From an uncultured Actinomycetes bacterium (GTDB lineage Bacteria; Actinomycetota; Thermoleophilia; RBG-16-64-13), in NCBI GenBank assembly GCA_963706025.1, contig CAVPLM010000005.1, positions 192,001-256,000 on the forward strand: a stretch of 64,000 nucleotides of DNA, given 5' to 3'. Positions 53,064 to 62,064 of this stretch are shown here, piece by piece. The position numbers and the translations under genes were made by a program. The notes beneath the pieces are model-generated. The model was not told where the DNA came from, searched no databases, and saw only the letters and a list, made by a program, of their open reading frames with translations. Position 1 is the first letter of the stretch, and every line of letters begins with the position of its first letter.

Positions 53064-53861
53064 GTGAGCCTACCGGACTGGCGTAACGCTCTGAAACGAG
53101 TTCTTAGGGGCCGGGGTTGGAGAGACGTCCCTGACAGGACCACAGCCGGGCCGGGGAGTGCGATCCCCTTCCATGTCGCCATAATCATGGACGGCAACGG
53201 CCGGTGGGCCCGGCGCCGGCATCTACCCGTGGCCGCCGGTCACCGGGCGGGTACACGGGCCGTACGGCGGGTGATCGAAGCGGCGCGTGACGCGGGGATC
53301 GGGCAACTCACCCTCTACTCCTTTTCGACCGAGAACTGGAGTCGACCAACAGAGGAGGTCGAGGGGCTCATGCAGTTGCACGCGGAGATGATCGACAGCG
53401 AGGTACCCACTCTCCACGAGAACGACTGCAGGGTCGTCTTCGTGGGCCGGCGCGGGGGATTCAGCGACGACCTCCTCGCCAAGATGGAGTGGGCGGAGCA
53501 ACTGACGGCCGGCAATCGGCGGATGATCCTCTTCATCGCCTTCAACTATGGGGGCCGGGGAGAGGTCGTCGACGCGGTGCGCCGCGCGGCGGCCGCCGGC
53601 GTCGACCCCGCCGTGATCGACGAAGCCGACATAGCCCGTCATCTCTACTCTCCTCTCATGCGCGATGCGGACCTGGTCATCCGCACTTCCGGCGAGAAGC
53701 GGCTGTCGAACTTCCTGCTCTGGCAGTCCGCCTACTCCGAACTGTATTTCTGGGATGGCCTGTGGCCGGATTTCGACGAGAAGGAATTCCAGCGCGCTCT
53801 GGACGACTATGCGGCGCGCGAGCGCCGGTACGGCGCTCGCGCCGAGGATGCCGATGCTTAG
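53064..53861 (+). CDS. uppS: Polyprenyl diphosphate synthase
   Basis: [51 protein letters not shown]. Confidence 0.95.
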   Translation: MSLPDWRNALKRVLRGRGWRDVPDRTTAGPGSAIPFHVAIIMDGNGRWARRRHLPVAAGHRAGTRAVRRVIEAARDAGIGQLTLYSFSTENWSRPTEEVEGLMQLHAEMIDSEVPTLHENDCRVVFVGRRGGFSDDLLAKMEWAEQLTAGNRRMILFIAFNYGGRGEVVDAVRRAAAAGVDPAVIDEADIARHLYSPLMRDADLVIRTSGEKRLSNFLLWQSAYSELYFWDGLWPDFDEKEFQRALDDYAARERRYGARAEDADA

Positions 53862-54651
53862 ATACCGCGTGCTTGTCGCCGTGGTCGGCATCCCCATAGG
53901 ACTGGCGGCGGTCATCCTGGGGGGTTACTACTTCTTCGGCTTGGCGGTGTTGCTGACCGTGCTCGGACTGCACGAGTACTACACGATCGTGAGGCCGTAC
54001 CGGCCCAACCTTCTGGTGGGCTTCCTGGCCGGACTCGGGGTCGTGGCCGGTGCCTTCTTCTTGGATGTCTCGGGTATCCTGGCCGGTTTGGCCGCCCTGG
54101 TCATCTTGACCTTCTTCTGGTCGCTTTTCGGCGAACTGGGAGCGCACTTGGTCGGGCGGATGGCCGTGACAGGGTTCGGCATCCTATGGGTGGCTATGGG
54201 TTTCGCGTATCTGCTGCTGCTGCGGGCGCTCGAGCACGGCATGGCTTTGACCATCCTGGTGATGGCCTGCACGATGCTAAGCGACACTTTTGCCTACTTC
54301 GTGGGGCGGGCCATCGGGCGTCATCGCATGGCTCCCCGCATCTCCCCGAACAAGTCGGTCGAAGGCGCCATCGGAGGATTGGTCGGGGCTGTCGTGGCGG
54401 CGTTGGTCGTGAAGATCTATTCGCCCTGGCTGCCGACCATGGAGGCGGTGGTTCTAGGGCTGATCATCGGCGTGGTCGGACAATGGGGTGACCTGTTCGA
54501 GTCCGCCTTCAAGCGGGATTTCCGGGTCAAGGATTCAGGAAGGATCCTGCCGGGTCACGGAGGGATCCTCGATCGTTTCGACTCTATCCTCTTCGCCGGG
54601 TTCGTCGCTTACTGGGCGTCCCTTGTGCTGTTGGGTGATCTGGTGAAATGA
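53848..54651 (+). CDS. cdsA: Phosphatidate cytidylyltransferase
   Basis: [28 protein letters not shown]...[18 protein letters not shown]. Confidence 0.94.
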   Translation: MPMLRYRVLVAVVGIPIGLAAVILGGYYFFGLAVLLTVLGLHEYYTIVRPYRPNLLVGFLAGLGVVAGAFFLDVSGILAGLAALVILTFFWSLFGELGAHLVGRMAVTGFGILWVAMGFAYLLLLRALEHGMALTILVMACTMLSDTFAYFVGRAIGRHRMAPRISPNKSVEGAIGGLVGAVVAALVVKIYSPWLPTMEAVVLGLIIGVVGQWGDLFESAFKRDFRVKDSGRILPGHGGILDRFDSILFAGFVAYWASLVLLGDLVK

Positions 54652-54715
54652 AGCGGGTCGTCGCGTGAAGCGGGTCGTCGCATGAGGCGGGCCGTCGCGT
54701 GAAGCGCGTCGTCAT
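54648..54715 (+). repeat. 17-bp tandem repeat RTGAAGCGGGTCGTCGC x4 at the cdsA/dxr junction
   Basis: Units at 54648, 54665, 54682 and 54699; the last is the dxr start. Confidence 0.95.
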
Positions 54716-55859
54716 CCTGGGCGCCACCGGGTCGATCGGATTGCAGGCCCTCCAGGTGGTCGCCGCCAGCAGCGACCTGACGGTGGCGGGTCTGTCCTGC
54801 GACCGGAATGTGAAGTTGCTTCTGGAGCAGGCCGTCTCGCTAGGAGTGCGCGATCTAGCGGTAGCCGACGTCGCAGCCGCGGGGACCGTCTCTCCAGCCC
54901 TCTATCCGGAGCTGAACCTGCGGAAGGGTCCGGGCGCGGCCGCGCGTTTGGTGCGGGAGGTGGAAGCCGACCTTGTGTTGAACGCCATCGTAGGCTTCGC
55001 GGGGTTGGAGTCGACCATCGCCGCGCTGGAGAGCGGCAGGGCTCTCGCCTTGGCCAACAAAGAGAGCCTGGTCTGCGCCGGCTCGTTGGTGACGGGTCTG
55101 GCTGCCCGGCGGCGGATCGAGATCTTACCGGTGGACTCGGAGCACTCGGCCCTCTATCAATTGATCGCCTCCGCCGATAGAAGAACGGTGGGCTCGGTGA
55201 TCATCACCTCTTCCGGAGGGCCTTTCCGGGGCAAGAAACAGGCGGAACTGGCCGGGGTCACCCGGGATGAGGCGCTGGCTCATCCCACCTGGTCGATGGG
55301 GGAGAAGATAAGTATCGACTCCGCTACCCTCATGAACAAAGGGCTGGAGGTCATCGAAGCCCATCATCTCTTCGACCTGGCCTATGACCAGATCGAAGTC
55401 GTCGTGCATCCCCAGTCGCTGGTACACGCTCTCGTACGGCTGATCGACGGCGCCTTGCTGGCCCATCTCGGGCCTGCCGACATGCGGGTTCCTATCGCGT
55501 ACGCGCTACACCATCCGGAGAGAGCATGCGTGGAGGTCGGACCTCTCGACCTCTCAGGCGGGCTCGCTCTCGAGTTCTGGGCGCCCGACGAGGAGACGTT
55601 TCCTGCGGTCCGATTGGCACGGGAGGCGGGGATCCGGGGTGATGCGGCGACCTGCGCCCTCAACGCGGCGAACGAAGTGGCCGTCAGTGCTTTCTTGGAG
55701 GGAGTCCTGCCGTTTATGGGTATATACGAAGTGGTGGAGACGGTCTTGGCCCAGAGCGACGGAGGCGATCTGGGAACTTACGCGGAGGTCGCGGCCGTCG
55801 ATGAGTTGGCCAGAAGCAGGGCCGCTCAGGCCTGTGCCGGGCAATCCATAGGGAGATAG
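54699..55859 (+). CDS. dxr: 1-deoxy-D-xylulose-5-phosphate reductoisomerase
   Basis: ILGATGSIG, LALANKESLV, PVDSEHSA, HPTWSMG.KIS.DSATLMNKGLE, NAANEVAV. Confidence 0.96.
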   Translation: MKRVVILGATGSIGLQALQVVAASSDLTVAGLSCDRNVKLLLEQAVSLGVRDLAVADVAAAGTVSPALYPELNLRKGPGAAARLVREVEADLVLNAIVGFAGLESTIAALESGRALALANKESLVCAGSLVTGLAARRRIEILPVDSEHSALYQLIASADRRTVGSVIITSSGGPFRGKKQAELAGVTRDEALAHPTWSMGEKISIDSATLMNKGLEVIEAHHLFDLAYDQIEVVVHPQSLVHALVRLIDGALLAHLGPADMRVPIAYALHHPERACVEVGPLDLSGGLALEFWAPDEETFPAVRLAREAGIRGDAATCALNAANEVAVSAFLEGVLPFMGIYEVVETVLAQSDGGDLGTYAEVAAVDELARSRAAQACAGQSIGR

Positions 55860-55865
55860 GATCTT

Positions 55866-57053
55866 GTGTTGAGTGTCATCGGGGTCATCGTAGCCATCGT
55901 GGGACTGGGGTTCCTGATCCTGGCTCACGAATTCGGTCACTTCATCGTGGCCAAGGCCACGGGCATGAGGGTGGAGGAATTCAGCTTGGGCTTTGGCCGC
56001 TACCTCTTCAGTCGCCGTGTCGGAGAGACCATCTATGGGATATCCGCGCTGCCTCTGGGGGGATATGTGCGGGTCACCGGGATGCATAGGGAGGAGTTCG
56101 AAGCCCGAGTGGCGGAGGCCCTGGAGGAGGAGCGCCGACAGTCGGGGTCGCTGGATGGGGACGAAGAGTGGGAGACCAAGCACCGCCCCCAAGACCCTGA
56201 GGATCGTCTGGCCGGGAAGCGGGCACTGAGCGCCGCTGAGATCGCCGCCACGCCGCTCGAGCGCCGCTACTACTCCCATCCGTTCTTTCACAAACTCGCG
56301 TTCATCGTGGCCGGCGTGGCCATGAACATGATAGTGGCGTTCCTGCTCATCTTCATCGTGGGTCTCAGCCAGGGAGAGGGCATCACCAGCACGGTCATCG
56401 CCGAGGTGGAGGCTGGGACGCCGGCCGCGGCGGCCGGCGTCCAGCCCGGGGACCGTGTCGTGAGTCTCAACGGCACCGAAACCGATACCTGGGAGGAGGT
56501 GCGGACGCAGATCATCCTCAATCCGGGCGAAGAGGTCGCTCTGATGGTGGAGCGGGACGGCGCCCTGGTCGAGTTGACCGCCGACCTCGCCGAGCAAGAG
56601 GACGGCACCGGCTACCTCGGCGTGCAGCCCACCTTCGAGCACAGGGATCTCGGGGTGATCGGGGCTCTGGGCTATGCGGCCAGGACCACTGCCGGTATGG
56701 TGACGCTTATCTTCAAAGGGATCGGCATGATGTTCAGCGGTCAGGTGCCGGTGACCGGCTCGCAGGGCCTGGCCGGTCCGGTGGGCATCATCCAACTCTC
56801 CAGCGAAGCCGTACAAGGCGGCTACTACCTCATGCTGTTGGCCCTCATCAGCGTCAATCTGGCCATCCTCAACATGCTGCCTCTGCTGCCGCTCGACGGC
56901 GGGCACGTGCTCTTCAGCATCATCGAGCGTATCCGGGGCCGGAGCATCTCCCTGCGGGCATTCGAGCGGATCTCTATGGTGGGGTTCGCACTTTTCGTCC
57001 TCCTCTTCATCGTAGCCACCTCCAACGACATCGGCCGTATCTTCGGCGGTTAG
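55866..57053 (+). CDS. rseP: RIP metalloprotease RseP (M50)
   Basis: HEFGH, EFSLGFG, LPLGGYV, PDZ domain, NMLPLLPLDGGH. Confidence 0.93.
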   Translation: MLSVIGVIVAIVGLGFLILAHEFGHFIVAKATGMRVEEFSLGFGRYLFSRRVGETIYGISALPLGGYVRVTGMHREEFEARVAEALEEERRQSGSLDGDEEWETKHRPQDPEDRLAGKRALSAAEIAATPLERRYYSHPFFHKLAFIVAGVAMNMIVAFLLIFIVGLSQGEGITSTVIAEVEAGTPAAAAGVQPGDRVVSLNGTETDTWEEVRTQIILNPGEEVALMVERDGALVELTADLAEQEDGTGYLGVQPTFEHRDLGVIGALGYAARTTAGMVTLIFKGIGMMFSGQVPVTGSQGLAGPVGIIQLSSEAVQGGYYLMLLALISVNLAILNMLPLLPLDGGHVLFSIIERIRGRSISLRAFERISMVGFALFVLLFIVATSNDIGRIFGG

Positions 57054-57066
57054 CTCGGAGCGGACC

Positions 57067-58200
57067 GTGCCCAGCGAACGCAGGGTCATCATCGGCGGGG
57101 TACAGGTGGGCGGCGGTGCTCCGGTGGTGGTCCAGTCCATGACCAACACCCGCACCGACGATGTCGAGGCGACCCTGAGTCAGATCCGGGCCCTGGTCAC
57201 GGCCGGAGCGGGGTTGGTGCGGGTGGCGGTGCCCGACCCCGCCGCTGCCGCGGCTGTCCGGGAGTTGACGGCGGAGTCACCCGTGCCTCTTATCGCCGAC
57301 GTCCACTTCGACCACCGCCTGGCCGTAGCCGCTCTGCGGGTCGGGGCGGCCGGTGTGCGCATCAATCCGGGGAACATCGGGGGGCGGCTCGAGGTCCGCG
57401 AGGTGGTGGACGCGGCCCGAGAAATGGGGGCGGTCATCCGGGTGGGGGTCAACAGCGGTTCTCTGCAACGTGATCTGCGGGGATTGGAGGAGAAGGACCC
57501 GGCCGGCGCCCTGGTGGAATCCGCGGTCCGCTACTGCGAGCTGATGGGGGAGCTTGATTTCCACGAACTCAAGGTCTCGGTGAAGTCCTCTTCGCCGCTG
57601 GTCACGATCGCCGCCAACCGCCTGTTGGCCAGGCGCATCCCCTATCCGCTGCATCTGGGCCTGACGGAGGCCGGTACGCGCTGGGCGGGCTCCATCAGGA
57701 GCGCCGTGGTCTTGGGCGTACTGCTGGGCGAAGGAGTGGGCGATACCATCCGAGTGTCGCTCACCGGGGATCCGGTGGAGGAAGTGCGCGTGGCCTGGGA
57801 GATACTGCGCACGCTCGGTCTCGCACCGCGGGGACCGCGGGTCATCTCCTGTCCCACGTGCGGGCGGACCCGGATCGATCTGGAGCCGTTGGCCCTAGAG
57901 GTGGAGCGGCGCTTGGAAGCGTTGGGGCTCGAGCTTGAAGTAGCCGTCATGGGCTGCGTGGTGAACGGACCTGGAGAGGCGCGGAAGGCGGACTTCGGGA
58001 TCGCCGGAGGAGAAGGCGAGGGAGTCGTGTTCGCCGCCGGGAGACCGGTCAAGAGGGTGGCCCAGGAAGCATTGGTGGAGGCGCTCTTCGCCGAGATCGC
58101 CTCCCGCTGGCCGGAGTCCGGGGGCGGAGGTGGGAAGGCCGTGCTGGGTGGTCCGGGTGGCGGGCTCGCTGATGGCCCTGAGGACGGCGTGGCCTGCTAG
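57067..58200 (+). CDS. ispG: HMBPP synthase
   Basis: VQSMTNT, PLIADVHF, RINPGNIG, GVNSGS, PLHLGLTEAG, SCPTCGR, MGCVVNGPGE. Confidence 0.96.
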   Translation: MPSERRVIIGGVQVGGGAPVVVQSMTNTRTDDVEATLSQIRALVTAGAGLVRVAVPDPAAAAAVRELTAESPVPLIADVHFDHRLAVAALRVGAAGVRINPGNIGGRLEVREVVDAAREMGAVIRVGVNSGSLQRDLRGLEEKDPAGALVESAVRYCELMGELDFHELKVSVKSSSPLVTIAANRLLARRIPYPLHLGLTEAGTRWAGSIRSAVVLGVLLGEGVGDTIRVSLTGDPVEEVRVAWEILRTLGLAPRGPRVISCPTCGRTRIDLEPLALEVERRLEALGLELEVAVMGCVVNGPGEARKADFGIAGGEGEGVVFAAGRPVKRVAQEALVEALFAEIASRWPESGGGGGKAVLGGPGGGLADGPEDGVAC

Positions 58201-58269
58201 ACTGTCTGCACCGCGGGCGCGAGTTTCAAGCCGTGCGCCAGTCTCTCACATGCATCCGAGGAGGGATCG

Positions 58270-60006
58270 ATGCGGGCGACCGCTTTTTTCATGCCGACAG
58301 TGAAGGAAGACCCGGCCGATGCCGAGGCCGTCAGTCACAAGCTGATGGTGCGCGCCGGTTTCGTCCGCCAGTTCGCCTCCGGCATCTACATCATGCTGCC
58401 CCTCGGCTGGCTGGTGATACGGCGTATCTGTCGCATCGTCCGGGAGGAGATGGATGCCATCGGGGCGGTGGAGCTGTCCATGCCCACGATGCATCCCGCA
58501 GATGTGTGGCAGGCGACCGGCCGTTACGACGCCATCGGTCCGGAGATGTTCCGGTTCAAGGACCGCGGCGGCCGGGACATGGTCCTAGCCATGACCCACG
58601 AGGAGGTCTTCGCCTGGCTGGCATCGCGGGAGCTGCGATCCTATCGCGACCTGCCCCAGATCTGGTACCAGCTGCAGCTCAAGTTCCGAGACGAACCCCG
58701 GGCCAAGGGCGGTGTGCTCCGGGTCCGGGAGTTCCTCATGAAGGACTCCTACTCCTTTGACGTGGACGAGGCGGGCCTCGACAAGAGCTACGCGAGGCAT
58801 ATCGGCGCCTACGACCGCATCTTCACCCGCTGCGGCCTCGATTTCTATCGGGTGGAGAGTGACAGCGGGTTCATGGGAGGGGCTCAAGCTCACGAGTACA
58901 TGGCGCCCTCCCGTGCCGGCGAGGATCGGGTGGCCCTATGCCCGGCCTGCGGTTACTCCGCCAACTTAGAGTTGGCTCGGTCGGTGGCCCGCCCTCCGAA
59001 GGTGGCCGGAGGCTCCAGCGGCACAGCACCTCGAGAGATAGCGACGCCTGAGCAGCGGACCATAGAGCAGGTGTCCGCTTTCTTGGACCTTCCCTCGACT
59101 TCGATAATCAAGACGTTGGTCTACATGGCTGGGGACTCGCCCATCATGGTCCTCGTGCGCGGAGACCATGCCTTGCACGAGAACAAGCTGGCTCGCTTTC
59201 TGAAGAGCGAGGTGCGCCCGGCGCACCCGGAGGAGGTCAAGGCGGCTACCGGCGCCGAGGTTGGTTTCGTAGGGCCGGTCGGCCTTCCCCCGGGTAGGCT
59301 GCGGGTTGTGGCCGACGAGACTCTGCGCCCCACCGGTCCCGACGATGCGGCCGATCCGCGAGAGTACGCAACGGGCGCCAACAGGGATCAGACCCATCTT
59401 CTCGGCGTGGTGGTCGGACGTGATTTCGACCCGGAATACGCCGACCTGCGCGAGGCCGAGGGGGGAGATGGCTGCCCGGAATGCGGCCGTCCGCTCGTGA
59501 TCGAGCAGGTGATCGAAGTCGGCAACATATTCAAACTGGGCACTAAGTACACCGTGCCTCTGGGGGCCACGATCCTCGATGAGGGGGGGCGGGAGCGTCC
59601 CATAGTGATGGGCTCATACGGCATCGGTCCGGCCCGCATCGCCGCGGCCGCGATCGAACAGAGTCACGACGAGCGCGGCATCGTCTGGCCCAAGAGCATC
59701 GCTCCGTTCGACGTCCATCTGGTCCAGGTCCAGGCCAAGGATCCCGCACAGAGTGACGTAGCGCGAGCCCTCTACGAGGGCTTGATGGAGGAAGGTCGGG
59801 AAGTGCTCTGGGACGACCGCGACGAGCGCCCTGGCGTCAAGTTCGCCGACGCCGAGCTCATCGGATGCCCGATCCGGGTCACGGTGGGCAAGAAGACCTC
59901 GGACGGGGTGGTAGAGGTGGAACCGCGTGCCGGGGGCGGGCGTGAAGAGGTGCTCATCGCGGACTGCTGTGCTCGCGTGAACGCCCTGTGGCAGGCTGCG
60001 CGTTGA
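58270..60006 (+). CDS. proS: Proline--tRNA ligase (with editing insertion)
   Basis: SHKLMVRAG, THEE, KFRDEPR...GVLRVREF.MKDSYSF, EVGNIFKLGTKY, MGSYGIG, DDRDERPGVKF. Confidence 0.96.
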   Translation: MRATAFFMPTVKEDPADAEAVSHKLMVRAGFVRQFASGIYIMLPLGWLVIRRICRIVREEMDAIGAVELSMPTMHPADVWQATGRYDAIGPEMFRFKDRGGRDMVLAMTHEEVFAWLASRELRSYRDLPQIWYQLQLKFRDEPRAKGGVLRVREFLMKDSYSFDVDEAGLDKSYARHIGAYDRIFTRCGLDFYRVESDSGFMGGAQAHEYMAPSRAGEDRVALCPACGYSANLELARSVARPPKVAGGSSGTAPREIATPEQRTIEQVSAFLDLPSTSIIKTLVYMAGDSPIMVLVRGDHALHENKLARFLKSEVRPAHPEEVKAATGAEVGFVGPVGLPPGRLRVVADETLRPTGPDDAADPREYATGANRDQTHLLGVVVGRDFDPEYADLREAEGGDGCPECGRPLVIEQVIEVGNIFKLGTKYTVPLGATILDEGGRERPIVMGSYGIGPARIAAAAIEQSHDERGIVWPKSIAPFDVHLVQVQAKDPAQSDVARALYEGLMEEGREVLWDDRDERPGVKFADAELIGCPIRVTVGKKTSDGVVEVEPRAGGGREEVLIADCCARVNALWQAAR

Positions 60007-60037
60007 CCCTTGGTTTCTGTGAGTGAAGCCACTTTTC

Positions 60038-60125
60038 TTGCGAGGTTGACGGGCTGCGTGCTATAATCCGCCCGTAACAAAGCCAATCTGTTTCGCCAAA
60101 GTGGGTGCAGTCGGGCCCACTTTTG
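60038..60125 (+). promoter_or_regulatory. rimP promoter and rimP-leader hairpin
   Basis: TTGCGA-18bp-TATAAT with extended TG; hairpin AAGTGGG-tgcagtcggg-CCCACTTTT before the GAGGGAG RBS. Confidence 0.65.
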
Positions 60126-60143
60126 TTTTACTCGAGGGAGATC

Positions 60144-60596
60144 GTGGAGCTGACGGAAGCCTGGATCCAGCAGGTCATCGACAGCGAGATCGAGGACGTC
60201 GAGCTCGTGACCCTGGAGGAGGCGGGCAGCAGGCGACAGAGGATAGTGCGCCTGTACATCGACCGCTCGGATGGGGTCACGCACGATCTCTGCGCCCGGG
60301 TATCGGGGGCGGTCGGCCGGGCGCTCGACAAGGCCGATGCGTTCGAGGGGGCGTACACTCTGGAGGTCAGTTCGCCTGGTATCGAGCGGCCTCTTAGGAA
60401 GCGGAGCCATTTCGAGGCGCAACTGGGCAAGAAGGTCTACGTGAAGACCCGGGTCCCGATTGAAGGCAGCAAGATCTGGCAGGGGGTCCTACTGGAAGTA
60501 GGGCCTGACGAGATAGTCGTGCAAGAGGCGGGGCGTGAAGCAAGGATCCCGCTGGGCGAGATCGGAAGCGCCCATCTGATATACGAGTTCGGATAA
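60144..60596 (+). CDS. rimP: Ribosome maturation factor RimP
   Basis: RLYIDR..GVT.D.C..VS, YTLEVSSPGIERPL. Confidence 0.94.
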   Translation: MELTEAWIQQVIDSEIEDVELVTLEEAGSRRQRIVRLYIDRSDGVTHDLCARVSGAVGRALDKADAFEGAYTLEVSSPGIERPLRKRSHFEAQLGKKVYVKTRVPIEGSKIWQGVLLEVGPDEIVVQEAGREARIPLGEIGSAHLIYEFG

Positions 60597-60605
60597 GGGG
60601 AAGGG

Positions 60606-61769
60606 ATGAACAAGGAGACGATAGAAGCCCTCCGCCAGATCGAAAAAGAAAAGAGCATCCCCTTCGACGTGCTCATCGAGGCTCTCGAAGACGCCCTTCA
60701 TTCCGCCTACCAGAAGACGGCACATGCCGTGCCGTTCTCGGAAGTGAAGATCGACCGGGAGACGGGAGAGATCCACGTGTTCGAGTTGATCTTTCCTCCC
60801 GGCCAGGAGCCGGTCGTGCAGGACGAAGAAACGGAGATCGACACTTCCATGGCCGAACGGGTGGAGATCACGCCCGAGGATTTTGGCCGCATCGCGGCCC
60901 AGACGGCGAAGCAGGTCATCTATCAGCGCATCCGCGAGGCGGAGCAGGGCATAGTGTTCCAGGAATACTCTCACCGCGTGGGTGAGATCGTGACCGGCAT
61001 CGTCCAGCAGTCCGACAGCCGGTACACTCTCGTCGACTTGGGGCGGGTAGAGGCACGCCTGCCCAAGAGTGAGCAGGTATCCACCGAGCGCTATGAGCAC
61101 GGTATGCGCTTGAAGGCGGTCATAAGAGAGGTCTCCCAGAATCCCAAGGAGCCACCCATCATCCTCTCCCGGCGCAGTGAGGACTTGGTTCGGCGCCTGT
61201 TCGAACTGGAGGTGCCGGAGATCTCCGACGGGCTGGTGGAGATAGTAGGTGTGGCCCGGGAGCCGGGCTATCGTTCGAAGATATCGGTCGTGTCTCACAG
61301 CGACGGAGTGGATCCTGTCGGTGCGTGCGTGGGACCGAGAGGCTCGCGAGTGCGCATGGTGGTCTCAGAACTGCGGGGCGAGAAGATCGACATCATACCC
61401 TTCGACGAAGAACCGGCTCGATTCGTGGCCAAGTCGCTCTCACCCGCCCGTGTGCGAGAGGTGATACTGGACGACGCACAGCGCGAAGCCACGGTGGTGG
61501 TCCCCGACGATCAACTGTCGCTCGCTATCGGCAAAGAGGGTCAGAACGCCCGCCTAGCCAACCGGCTAACCGGTTGGAAGATCGATATCAAGTCCGAGAC
61601 CGAGATGAGCGAGGAAGAGACCGTCTACGTCGCGGCAGAGGTGGAACCGCAGGTGGTGGACGGTCGTTGTCACGCGCTTACGGTTGGTGGAAAGCGGTGC
61701 CCTAACGCAGCGCTGCCTGGCAGTCTATACTGCGGCATACCCTCGCATCAGGGAATTGGTGGTGAGTGA
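60606..61769 (+). CDS. nusA: Transcription factor NusA with C-terminal C3H motif
   Basis: FGRIAAQTAKQVI.QRIREAE, REPGYRSKI, DPVGACVG.RG.R, QLSLAIGKEGQNARLA..LTGWKIDIK. Confidence 0.97.
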   Translation: MNKETIEALRQIEKEKSIPFDVLIEALEDALHSAYQKTAHAVPFSEVKIDRETGEIHVFELIFPPGQEPVVQDEETEIDTSMAERVEITPEDFGRIAAQTAKQVIYQRIREAEQGIVFQEYSHRVGEIVTGIVQQSDSRYTLVDLGRVEARLPKSEQVSTERYEHGMRLKAVIREVSQNPKEPPIILSRRSEDLVRRLFELEVPEISDGLVEIVGVAREPGYRSKISVVSHSDGVDPVGACVGPRGSRVRMVVSELRGEKIDIIPFDEEPARFVAKSLSPARVREVILDDAQREATVVVPDDQLSLAIGKEGQNARLANRLTGWKIDIKSETEMSEEETVYVAAEVEPQVVDGRCHALTVGGKRCPNAALPGSLYCGIPSHQGIGGE

Positions 61770-62037
61770 GCCTGAACGGCAGTGCATCGGATGCGGCCGC
61801 CGGGGACCACAGGGGGGGTTCGTGCGCCTGGCTCTCGATCGGAAGGCCGGGCCGCCGCGGGTCGTTGTGACGAGTTCGCGGGACCGTAAGGGCAGAGGGG
61901 CGTATCTCTGCCGCCGACAGGCGTGTCTGGACCGTGCCCTGCAGCGCAAGGCCTTTCAGAGAGCGTTCCGGACCGCGGTGCGGGTGGACGAGGATGAGAT
62001 CGCGTCGGCCCTGCGAACGATCGAGGCTGTAATGTAG
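61762..62037 (+). CDS. ylxR: YlxR (DUF448) RNA-binding protein
   Basis: PERQCIGC...VRL...GRGAYLC...C...A...KAF.RAFR; nusA-ylxR-infB synteny. Confidence 0.9.
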   Translation: MSEPERQCIGCGRRGPQGGFVRLALDRKAGPPRVVVTSSRDRKGRGAYLCRRQACLDRALQRKAFQRAFRTAVRVDEDEIASALRTIEAVM

Positions 62038-62064
62038 CTAGACGAAGAACACGGCAGGTGGACG

